NCBI GenBank assembly: GCA_964016885.1
Contig: OZ024756.1
Span: 496,001 to 560,000, forward strand
Source of the DNA: Eledone cirrhosa
Taxonomy: Eukaryota
Length of the DNA stretch: 64,000 bases
Direction: 5' to 3'
A program made the position numbers and the translations under genes. Under the pieces are notes generated by a model that made no database searches, was not told the DNA's origin, and saw only the letters and a program-made list of their open reading frames with translations. Numbering within the stretch: position 1 is the first letter of the stretch; each line of letters opens with the position of its first letter. This document shows, one piece after another, positions 53,569 to 64,000 of this stretch.

Positions 53569-55700
53569 TTAATTATAAGTTGTGATGTTGCTGTTCCACT
53601 CATATTTTCTATTTAATTTTGGTTGTAATTCTTTTATGTTTATTGCCTCTGTAATTTGTCTAAACATTGCGTCTTTTCTGTGTGTAGATTCTATTTTTAT
53701 TTCTATGTTCTCTAATTTACCCTTGTGTTCTATTTTAGCATGTTGGTAGAGTACAGATGATTCTTTACTATCTTGAAGGTCTCGCCAGTGTTCATTTATC
53801 CGTTCTCCTACACTACGAGCTGTCTCACCTATGTACACTATATTTTTGCCTCTACATTGTCCTTCAGTACATCTTATGCTATACACTACATTTCTAGTTT
53901 TGCAGTTAATATGGGGGCTTATTTTACAGGTTATACATTTCTTATCTATACATGAGGGTCTTTGAAAAGGGTATGTCTTGCTAATAAGTGTTTTTATGGA
54001 GGTACCTGGTCTTTCTACTATCTTAATATTGAGTTTATGTTTGTTTAGGGCCCTTCTAAATTTGTAAGCTAATTCCCCTCTAGGGGTTGTATCGATGAAC
54101 ATTACACTCTGGTATTTATTGCTATCATACCATGAGTTTATTCTATTAGCCTTGTTCCTAGTTCTTTCTATTCTATTCCAAAATTTGCTCCTATACAAGG
54201 GGCAGGTCCCATTTATGTTATTATTTACCATTTTTTCCCATTTGGTTCTGGCTCCTCTATACACTCTGATTTTATCTCTCTGATTGTAGCCAGAGAACTG
54301 CATACGGTGGATGAAGTGTTGTATGTGTCTCTCTAGTTCTTCGGGGTTGCACATGCGGGACACGTTTCTCATCACCCGTACCAAATCCGCAATCAGTATG
54401 TTGATTTTGGTATGGTCCGAAACGGCCGAGTTTCGGTGGATCAGATGTTTGGAAGTCATGGGTTTGGCATAATGGGAATGGAGGATTTGTTTTTTGTTGT
54501 TAATGGTATCTAACCAGAGCTCTGTGTCTAGTACAGGTAATCGATGGTTGGGGTGTTTACTTGGGTAGTCTATAGTAACTCTAATGCTCTGGTGGATGGA
54601 GTTTGCTATTTGCTGGATGCTTTCCATTGTGTTTTTCTCTAGTTCCTGACTGTTCTCTAGAGGGGGTGTCTTAACTACGATGTTTATATCATCAACGTAG
54701 CGGGAGTACATTATCAGGGTTAAGGGGGCTTCTAATTGTTCTTTAAGTTTAAGTTTAAGTCTACTGTCCCACCATACCATGAATAAGTTAGCTATGTCGC
54801 CTGCAATGCTAACACCAATGGCTGCTCCTTCCTCTTGGGCATATGTTTTTCCATTAAATTTGAACATATGTTCCTTAAGGGTTAATTTTATGCTGGCCCC
54901 TACCGCATGTGCAATCATTTTCTTCAGTTCATCGTGGTTTTCGGGTGTCCGTATAGCTCTGGTCCACCCGTTCCATCTATCTGTGTGGGTTTTCTTGGCC
55001 ATTGAGGTAATGGTAGGTGGCCTGCCTCTTGCTGGTCTTGTAGGGCACAGGTTGCTAAGGTCATATGTGTCTAGGTAATTATTACTATAGGTAAGTTTAA
55101 GTAGGAGTCCCAGCTCACTGGTATCAATCCCACGGAACTCAACATTGCTCTCGCTGATCATTTCTACCTATTTCTCCACAGCAAAATCCACGTCAATAGA
55201 TGGATACAGGGACACAACATCCATACTACCTATTATGCAGTTTGTTAGGTCCCTAGATCGGTTACTCACGCCGATTCTGCTGAGGAGGTCCTCCGTGCTG
55301 TCACATACATCTGGGGACATCTCAATGATGGGGCGTATGATCAGGGAGAGGAAGTAGGACAGTCTGTAGTTACTAGCAATGTTAGCTCCACAGACTGGCC
55401 GTGTTGGTGGTCCCGTGACAGGGTCACTACCCGTTTTATGGTCCTTTCGAAGCCCATACAACGCCGGCACGTCATTGTTCCAGGCCTGGAAGTTGTTGGC
55501 AGTCCTTTTGTTGGGCTGCATTATATTCGTCCACATCACCATATGGGCATTGAGGGATTTTTTTCTATCCTCATGCTCCTGTGGTGTTACCTCTCTTGTG
55601 TTAGTGATGTGGGGTTGCATTGCCTGGATGTAGTTTGGCAGGCTGTCAACCGACATTCTGCCAGACTTGTCTGTTGGAAAGCATGCTATCTCTCCATTAC
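53569..55700 (-). pseudogene. Penelope-like RT/GIY-YIG ORF with one in-frame TAG (55168-55170)
   Basis: ORFs 55168-55713 and 53569-55161 are in the same frame. Confidence 0.88.
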
Positions 55701-56014
55701 GTGAGCGCTGCATGAGCTTACGCTTACGAACTTAGAAATATTATAGAACAGTATAGCAAGAAACATAATAGAATGGAGGCCCAGCAACTGGGAGAAAAAT
55801 CTGCAAATGGCTTGCGTAAGCAAAAGCAAAAAAGCACCGAGCCCACACTGTAAATGAGGTTGGTGTTGGGAAGGGCATCCAGCTGTAGAAATCAAGCCAG
55901 AATCAGTTCCTGTATGAGCAAGGCAAGGTCAGCCGACCGAACACTGCTCACAACAGGACAACCTGTCTAACCCATGCTAGCGTGGAAGAACGGACATAAA
56001 ACTGTGATGATGAT
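55700..56014 (+). mobile_element. RTE family B 3' tail
   Basis: 55830-56010 matches the reverse complement of ~4210-4455. Confidence 0.8.
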
Positions 56015-56028
56015 ATATATATATATAT

Positions 56029-57623
56029 GTCGACCTGGAGAAAGCCTTCGACAGAGTCCCCCGCTCCATTATCTGGTGGGCTCTTAGAAAACTAGGCGTT
56101 GACGAATGGCTTGTGAGGGCTATACAAGCCATGTATAAAGAAACAGTCAGCAAGGTTAGAATTAACAACGAATATAGTGAAGAGTTTAGCGTAAAAGTTG
56201 GCGTCCATCAGGGCTCTGTTCTCAGCCCCCTACTATTTATTATTGCCCTTCAGGCTATAACAGAGGAGTTCAAGACAGGCTGCCCATGGGAACTCCTATA
56301 CGCAGACGACCTGACACTCATAGCGGAATCAATGGCCGAGCTAGAGAAGAAATTCCAAACATGGAAGCACGGCCTAGAGTCAAAAGGACTTAAAATTAAC
56401 CTGGCTAAGACCAAAGTTCTAGTTTGTAGGAAAGAAAACAAGGCGGCGGTCCCTTCTGGGAAATGGTCGTGCTCGGTATGTAGGAAAGGCGTAGGTAGAA
56501 ACTCCATCTTATGTCCTAAATGCAAAGTATGGGTGCATAAAAGATGTAGTGGGATCACAGGTAAGCTAACTAAGAACATAGACTTTACATGTGGCCGATG
56601 TTCTGGTGCAATAAGTAGCAGCAAGTGCCCACAAAATACTAGCTCTTTCAATTGCGCAGAGGGTTCTATAGAAATAGTGGACAGCTTCCGTTACCTGGGC
56701 GATAAAATCAGCAGTGGGGGAGGGTGCTCTGAAAGTACTGTAGCTAGAGTCAGAACTGGTTGGAAAAAGTTCAGAGAGCTTATACCACTATTAGCTGCTA
56801 AAGGGTTCTCCCTAAAAATGAAAGGCAGGTTGTACGATGCCTGCATACGAACAGCAATGTTGCATGGTAGTGAGACCTGGGCATTGTGTGCAGAGGATAT
56901 ACGCAGACTAGAGAGGAACGAAGCTTGCATGCTCCGCTGGATGTGTAACAGTAATATACGTGAACGGCAAAGCATAAACGAACTAAGGAAAAAATTAGAG
57001 ATAAGAGGGATCAGATGTTGTTTACTCGAGAGAAGGCTGCGTTGGTATGGACACGTGATGCGCATGAAAGTCGATAGCTGTATTACAAAGTGCAGGGCAA
57101 TAAAGATAGACGGTAGCCACGGAATAGGCAGACCTAGAAAAACATGGGATGAGCTGATAAACTCCAACCTCATACACTTACACCTCTCCAAGACAATGTC
57201 ACTGGACCGTGACCTTTGGCGGTACTCAGTAACAGAGAAAACCCGCCTTGCCAGTAGGCATCTCTAACAAACTACACCCCGTCCCGCCACCACCCCCACC
57301 CCATCCACACCACCCCGTTCCATGTAAAGTTATGTTGGTGCCGCGCCATCCAGGCCGAAACAAACGAGATCGTGTAGGTGTCACGACAAAAAAACACACA
57401 GTCCACGCTGTAATGTGGCCGTGTAGGCAACACGGTAAAAACCTCCCAGACCCACACTGTAAATGTGGTTGGTGTTAGGAAGGGCATCCAACTGTAGAAA
57501 ACCTGCCAGACAGTCCTATGCGAGCAAGACAATCACTCTTGCCTCAAGTGGGACTACCCCCGTCCAAACCCATGCAAGCGTGGAACACGGACGTTAAACG
57601 TTGATGATGATGATGATGATGAT
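56029..57623 (+). mobile_element. 5'-truncated RTE LINE (family A); open frame to 57267
   Basis: VDLEKAFD..YADD..LRWYGHV; (GAT)n tail; TA flanks. Confidence 0.95.
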
Positions 57624-57912
57624 ATATATACACATATTTTTGCTCTATTGTTTGTTTCACCAAGCTCCTGACTTTCATTTCTTCCTCCACCACACACACA
57701 CACATATATATATACACACACACACATACATGTGTGTGTATGACTGCGTGTATGCGTGCATATGTATGTATGTGTGTTTACATCTATGTGTATGTGTACA
57801 TCTGTGTGTGTGTGTATGTATATATATATATATGTGTACATATGTGTGTATGTATGAATGTATTTATGTGGTTGTATATATGTATGTATATATATTTGTG
57901 TGCGTGTGTACA

Positions 57913-57986
57913 CAGTGTGTCCCCAAAAATGTATACACAAACAGCATTCTAATCAAAATATGGACACATTTTTTTGGGACACCCTG
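57913..57986. mobile_element. Tiny Tc1/mariner-type MITE relic
   Basis: Imperfect TIRs cagtgtgtccccaaaaatgt / acatttttttgggacaccctg followed by TA. Confidence 0.55.
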
Positions 57987-58106
57987 TATATGCTCCCGTA
58001 AGATAACATCAGTTTCCTCAGATATGATTTGCAGAAATATCGATCTCTTATAGATCCTATTGATTGAGAGAACAACATGAGTAACTTTTCAGTGGATGTC
58101 CCAAAT

Positions 58107-58243
58107 CGGTAGAGCGTCGAACAATATACTTTAGCACAAACTTACGGTTGTTGATGTACTGAGATCAAATCTGGCCGAGGTTAACTTTGCCTTGCCTCCA
58201 TACAGGGTCCATAAAATAGTACCAGTAATGTACTGGAGTCGAT
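58107..58243 (+). mobile_element. Diverged SINE family 1
   Basis: gccgaggttaactttgcctt..ataaaatagtaccagtaatgtactgg. Confidence 0.7.
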
Positions 58244-58265
58244 TTAATTGGCTTTACTATTACCT

Positions 58266-59263
58266 GGTAGAGGAGAGAAGCTGATGGTTAGTGGTAGAGG
58301 AGAGAGGTTGATGGTTAGTGGTAGAGGAGAGAGGTTGATGGTTAGTAGTAGAGGAGAGGGGTTGATGGTTAGTGGTAGAGGAGAGGGGTTGGGGTTTAGT
58401 GGCAGAGGAGAGAGGTTGATGGTTAGTGGTAGAGGAGAGGGGTTGATGGTTAGTGGTAGAGGAGAGGGGTTGATGGTTAGTGGTAGAGGAGAGGGGTTGG
58501 GGTTTAGTGGCAGAGGAGAGAGGTTGATGGTTAGTGGTAGAGGAGAGAAGCTGATGGTTAGTGGTAGAGGAGAGAGGTTGATGGTTAGTGGTAGAGGAGA
58601 GGGGTTGATGGTTAGTGGTAGAGGAGAGAGGTTGATGGTTAGTGGCAGAGGAGAGAGGTTGATGGTTAGTGGTAGAGGAGAAGGGTTGATGGTTAGTGGT
58701 AGAGGAGAGGGGTTGATGGTTAGTGGCAGAGGAGAGAAGCTGATGGTTAGTGGTAGAGGAGAGGGGTTTATGGTTAGTGGTAGAGGAGAGAGGTTGATGG
58801 TTAGTGGTAGAGGAGAGAGGTTGATGGTTACTGGCAGAGGAGAGAGGTTGATGGTTAGTGGTAGAGGAGAGGGGTTAATGGTTAGTGGTAGAGGAGAGAG
58901 GTTGATGGTTTCTGGTAGAGGAGAGAGGTTGATGGTTAGTGGCAGAGGAGAGAGGTTGATGGTTTGTGGTAGAGAAGAGGGGTTGATGGTTAGTGGTAGA
59001 GGAGAGAGACTGATGGGTAGTGGTAGAGGAGAGAGGTTGATGGTTTGTGGTAGAGGAGAGAGGTTGATGGTTAGTGGTAGAGGAGAGAGGTTGATGGTTA
59101 GTGGTAGAGGAGAGAGGTTGATGGTTAGTGGTAGAGGAGAGAGGATGATGGTTAGTGGCAGAAGAGACAGGCTGATGGTTAGTGGTAGAGGAGAGAGACT
59201 GATGGTTAGTGGTAGAGGAGAGAGACTGATGGTTAGTGGCAGAGGAGACGGGCTGATGGTTAG
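58266..59263. repeat. 27-bp G-rich minisatellite, ~37 copies
   Basis: Unit ggtagaggagagaggttgatggttagt. Confidence 0.97.
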
Positions 59264-59894
59264 CAATGTTAGCAATAGATGTTGACATAGTTCAATATAC
59301 TACCACACATCTGTTTATAGATTAGTGTCCTCCAATAATCTAATATTTAAAACTAAAATTTGATCTAATCAAAGATTATTGCAGTGAAAAACTAATCAAT
59401 CAACTTTTAGACCTGAGTTCAACAATCAAAATATTAATTTAGGAATCAATAAACAAGTCATGAGCTTGCCAGTAACTCTTTTGTTACCATATTTCTAATA
59501 CGCTGCCAAACTGTTTGAATCCATTTTGAAAATAATAACAAAAATTTGGAATAATTTAGTAAAACAACTAACTTTCTCTTTATCTGGTATCTGGAACATA
59601 ACTTAATTAATGTTCCAGCATAAATTATGTTGGAAAGTTTTTAGATAAGTATAAACATTTTAAAATAAACAGTTTTGTATCATAAACATTGGAGTGGTGT
59701 CATGTGGCTTAGAATCAAAAGTATTAACCAAGTTTTAACTCTTGTTAACAGCTTGCCTGATAACCCCATTGGTTCTTTGGTACAAAACTGTAAATTGTTA
59801 AAATCATCATCATCGTTTTTATATCAGTTTTTCCACACTTGCATGGGTTGGACGGGTGCTTTTCGGCACAGCATCTCTCCACTTTCTTCCCTGG

Positions 59895-60364
59895 GCATGG
59901 ATACATGAAAGCTCCGACGTCTGGCAACTGATTTGGTAGACACCTACAAGATTATTAACCATCTTTCCAACAACAACCCTCAGTAAATTTTTGAATTCCA
60001 TGTGTCTAACATCCGTGGACATGCTTACAAAATCAGAAAACTGTACGGCTCCCATGACTGTAGGAAACATTTTTTCACACTCAGAGTTGCTGAAGCATGA
60101 AACAAACTACCTGCATCAGTTGTTAGCTGCCGAGACACTGCATCCTTCAAAATCTCCATGCTTCCCGAAATTCACCAACACTACACCTGATATACCCCTC
60201 CTTACACACGCATGCACGTATGTGTATGTCTGTATGTATATCATGACTCATTCGCTGTTTACTTTCTTGACTTTTGTAGATTATTCTATGTACTATACAT
60301 GTACCTTTGATGAGTTGTAGTGCAGCTGAGCACTGTACACAATAATTTTCATTATCATTATTAT
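59895..60364 (+). mobile_element. CR1-type LINE 3' fragment
   Basis: DLVDTYKII, RGHAYKI, RKHFFTLRV..NKLP.SVV by my translation; (TTA)n tail. Confidence 0.75.
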
Positions 60365-60399
60365 TTCTCTATCATTTCCTCTGTGAGTTTCAGTAATTT

Positions 60400-60800
60400 G
60401 AGATGAGCTCTCACTACCTCGACCCAGCAATATGAGAACAGCTCTCACCACCTCTTCCCAGCACTATGAGAACAGCTCTCACCACATCTACTCAGCACTA
60501 TGAGAACAGCTCTCACCACTTCTACCCAGCAATATGAGAACAACTCTCACCACCTCTACCCAGCAATATGAGAACAGCTCTCACCACCTCTTCCCAGCAA
60601 TATGAGAACAGCTCTCACCACCTCTACTCAGCAATATGAGATCAGCTCTCACCACCTCTACTCAGCAATATGAGATCAGCTCTCACACCTCTTCCCAGCA
60701 ATATGAGAACAGCTCTCACCACCTCTACTCAGCAATATGAGAACAGCTCTCACCACCTTGACCCATCAATATGAGATCAGCTCTCACTCCCTCAGCCCAG
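60400..60800. repeat. 34-bp minisatellite, ~11-12 copies
   Basis: Unit cagcaatatgagaacagctctcaccacctctacc. Confidence 0.95.
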
Positions 60801-60947
60801 GTATAAAATATTTTAATTATATTTAAATCTGCTCTTATGCCAGTATCCTCTGTTGTGTTATGTCCCAAACACAAACTTCATAAAGTTCCCCTTTACACAA
60901 TTTCTGTGACGAGTCCTGGGTTGATCTGAGGGTATGGTAAAGGAAGC

Positions 60948-61345
60948 TTGCCTCAGACACAGTCGGGTGGGATTGCCTCAGACACAATAGGGTGGAATTG
61001 CCTCAGACACAGTCGGGTGGGATTGCCTCAGACACAATGGGATGGGATTGCCTCAGACACAATGGGGTGGGATTGCCTCAGACACAGTTGGGTGGGATTG
61101 CCTCAGACACAGTGGGGTGGGATTGATTGCCTCCGACACAATTGGGTGGGGTTGCCTCAGACACAATAGGGTGAAATTGCCTCAGACACAATGGGGTGGG
61201 ATTGCCTCAGACACAATGGGGTGGGATTGCCTCAGACAGTCGGGTGGGATTGCCTCAGACACAGTAAGGTGGGATTGCCTCAGACACAGTAAGGTGGAAT
61301 TGCCTCAGACACAATAGGGTGGAATTGCCTCAGACACAATGGGGG
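60948..61345. repeat. 25-bp minisatellite, ~16 copies
   Basis: Unit gattgcctcagacacaatggggtgg. Confidence 0.95.
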
Positions 61346-61799
61346 GGGGGGGGGGGGGCATTGAACCTGTCATCTAATCACTGCAAAACAAACTTCTTTA
61401 CCATTTGGTCATGCCATGTCCTCTGTTCCATTGATTATTGGAAATCTAAGCAATGTTATTCTTCCAAAGTAAAAAGAAATAAAATATTAGGATGTTATAA
61501 AAACGAAATATATTAAGGCAGAACCATTCCTGGTTTAATAATCAGAGAGGATTTCGCAAAGAATAAGGGCAATATGGACAAACATAAAAGTAATATACAC
61601 ACACATACACTCACACACGTACAGTCACACACGTACACTCACACACATACACACGTACACTCTCACACGTACACTCACACACGTACACTCACACACGTAC
61701 ACTCATACGCATACACATAAGTATCTATATATTTATTTATGTATAGATATGCACAACAACAAACAAAGTGCTGGGTGCTTTTTTCCGTGGCGCCTACAC

Positions 61800-61835
<36 letters not shown>

Positions 61836-62043
61836 CGTTTCTGAATTTGTTTAGCAAGATTCTTTATCTGAAAACGTGTGTTGAAACCGATATTGTTATA
61901 GTTTGGTAGGGTCATGTTGCCAATAAGAAACACATGCACCAGTTGCTTTCACTTCAATTTATTATAATAAATTTATAAATTTAGGAATTTATAAATTTCT
62001 GGTTGGTTGGTTGGTTCCACAACCAGATGGTTGTTTATATATT

Positions 62044-62086
62044 GTCAAAGTTCTTTCGTCACACATTCTGTGACCTCTTCAGTGAC
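62044..62086 (-). ncRNA. Minimal hammerhead motif in the Penelope pLTR
   Basis: gtca-CTGAAGA-stem II-GAAAGAACTT-tgac. Confidence 0.72.
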
Positions 62087-62641
62087 TGGGGATTCTTTTC
62101 TTTGTTTTTGTGCCTCTCCTTTGTTCTGTCCTACGCCATTTTGTTTCTGTGTGTGTGTTGTGTGCTCAGTCTGCGCATGTGCCACATCCGGGTGTCTGTG
62201 TGTGTTTATATTCGTTTATTTATTTGTTTATTTACATGTTACTGGTTGGTTGTTTGTTCTATGTGTGTGTGTGTTTTCATTTTGTCCTTAATTGTAAGTT
62301 GTGATGTTGCTGTTCCACTCATATTTTCTATTTAATTTTGGTTGTAATTCTTTTATGTTTATTGCCTCTGTGATTTGTCTAAACATTGCGTCTTTTCTGT
62401 GTGTAGATTCTATTTTTATTTCTATGTTCTCTAATTTACCCTTGTGTTCTATTTTAGCATGTTGGTAGAGTACAGATGATTCTTTACTATCTTGAAGGTC
62501 TCGCCAGTGTTCATTTATCTGTTCCCCTACACTACGAGCTGTCTCACCTATGTACACTATATTTTATTTTTTATTTTTTATTTATTTTTTTTTGGGGGGG
62601 GGGACAAAGGAGAGGCACAAAAACAAAGAAAAGAATCCCCA

Positions 62642-62684
62642 GTCACTGAAGAGGTCACAGAATGTGTGACGAAAGAACTTTGAC
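62642..62684 (+). ncRNA. Minimal hammerhead motif in the inverted pLTR
   Basis: gtcactgaagaggtcacagaatgtgtgacgaaagaactttgac. Confidence 0.72.
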
Positions 62685-62854
62685 AATATATAAACATCTA
62701 TCTGGTTGTGGAACCAACCAACCAACCAACCAGAAATTTATAAATTCCTAAATTTATAAATTTATTATAATAAATTGAAGTGAAAGCAACTGGTGCGTGT
62801 GTTTCTTATTGGCAACATGACCCTCCCAAAGTATAACAATATGTATATATATAT

Positions 62855-62962
62855 ATATTTATTAAAATAACAGATTAAATTTTAAGCAAAGAATCGCTGC
62901 TTTCATCCTTAACGGGTTCTTATATATTTGGATTTTAGTCTTCACATTTATTATTATTACTA
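62855..62962. mobile_element. Rearranged fragment of the 23360-24386 family
   Basis: 62855-62921 resembles 23445-23511; 62926-62962 is the inverse of 23358-23393. Confidence 0.8.
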
Positions 62963-63005
62963 TATATATATAGAGAGAGAGGTAGATAGATATATATGTA
63001 TATGA

Positions 63006-63064
<59 letters not shown>

Positions 63065-63408
63065 GGTGTGTGTGTATATGTATATATAGACACATCCACA
63101 TGTTTGTTTATATTCAAATATATATATATGCATAAAGAAACACACACCGTCATCATCATCATTTTACGTCCGCTTTTCCCTGCTTGCAAGGGTGGGACAC
63201 ACATATATATATATATATATTATATATAGATATATATTTATTATTTATATATATATAATAATATTAGCTCAAAGAAGAACAGAGAATTTTCATCTGAACT
63301 CAAATACAAATGTATTACACAGAGAGAAGTGTGTTACACAGTGAATAATATTAGCTCAAAGAAGAACACACTTCTCTCTGTGTAATATATTTGTATTATA
63401 TATATATA

Positions 63409-63440
<32 letters not shown>

Positions 63441-63559
63441 TCTAAAAAAATCTAAAGTCTGTCCTACGCCAGAAGGCTCATTTGGCCGGTGCTTATCCCG
63501 GTTTCATAGCGTGAAGCGACTGAGAGTAGAAGACTCCCCCCCCTGGAAAGTAGGTTGAT

Positions 63560-63942
63560 TAATGTGGGAGCTAGAGCCAAGAAAATGGAAATTTGAGTCT
63601 GAAAGTGGTATTTTTGAATATTTAAGCGGCTTCCACGCCGTCCCTGAACAACAAATGCAAAATATAAACCCATTAAAGGATGTGCAATGATAAATTCTAT
63701 TTTGCTTTAAAATTTGAACGAAATCGGTGACAAAATATGGGAGCTAGAGACAAAAATCTTATTTTTATCTGCAGAGTGACCCCGGAATAAAACAACGATA
63801 CGCTGATATATAGAAAACACTCCCCGATGACTAATCTATGAGCCTGTAAAGTTTCATGAAAATCGGTCGTAAGATGTAGGCCCCTAAAGGTAATACATAG
63901 ACACACAGACACACACAAACTTAATTTTATATATATACAGAT
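63560..63942 (+). mobile_element. Possible non-autonomous Helitron-like repeat end
   Basis: aagtttcatgaaaatcgg, a (CA)-rich stretch and ttttatatatatacagat; recalled pattern only. Confidence 0.35.
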
Positions 63943-64000
63943 AATTGGTGTTGGATGCTTAAAGTGTCCATATGCGGTAGGCCGCATAGGAAAATTTGCT

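Larger units (their letters stand above)
53115..55700 (-). mobile_element. Penelope-like retroelement (RT + C-terminal GIY-YIG), 5'-truncated
   Basis: PTDKSG, LYGLRKDHK, SMDVVSLYPSI, QEEGAAIG, SRYVDD, NVVYSIRC..YIGETAR; 3' pLTR carries a hammerhead motif. Confidence 0.92.
61832..62842 (-). mobile_element. Second Penelope-like copy: GIY-YIG C-terminus + pLTR with an inverted partial pLTR upstream
   Basis: 61832-62563 near-identical to 53115-53843; 62604-62842 is the inverse of 61890-62124. Confidence 0.92.

Noticed and set aside
55168-55170. Selenocysteine read-through as reported for some Penelope-like clades
   Set aside because: The stop is TAG, not TGA; more likely a point mutation
58244-59288. 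343-345-aa repeat proteins on both strands
   Set aside because: A 27-bp unit without stops gives open frames automatically; no other sign of a gene
60400-61345. CRISPR-like arrays (also 33623-34221)
   Set aside because: No unique spacers, no cas genes, eukaryotic context; these are plain minisatellites

Overview
AT-rich eukaryotic (animal) genomic DNA, almost entirely transposable elements and simple repeats. I see no host protein-coding exon, rRNA, tRNA or CRISPR array. The repeat mix resembles what I recall of cephalopod (Octopus-like) genomes; this is recognition, not a search result. Contents: kb-long (TA)n tracts; several RTE-clade LINE families with (GAT)n tails; one apparently intact two-ORF CR1-type LINE (18126-23100, minus); a decayed full-length Gypsy LTR element with a tRNA-Trp-type PBS (37635-43478); an internally deleted mariner; three head-to-tail Tx1/L1-like copies separated by (TACC)n; two Penelope-like copies (GIY-YIG); CRE-, HERO- and BovB-like fragments; SINEs; four minisatellites; and a 200-N gap. 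The most notable unannotated signal is a set of type I hammerhead ribozyme motifs from about six unrelated sequence families. Most lie in inverted-repeat cassettes embedded in (TA)n. One has a core split by a ~110-nt stem II containing a 17-bp helix with three G.U wobbles. All folds were done by eye and none was computed.
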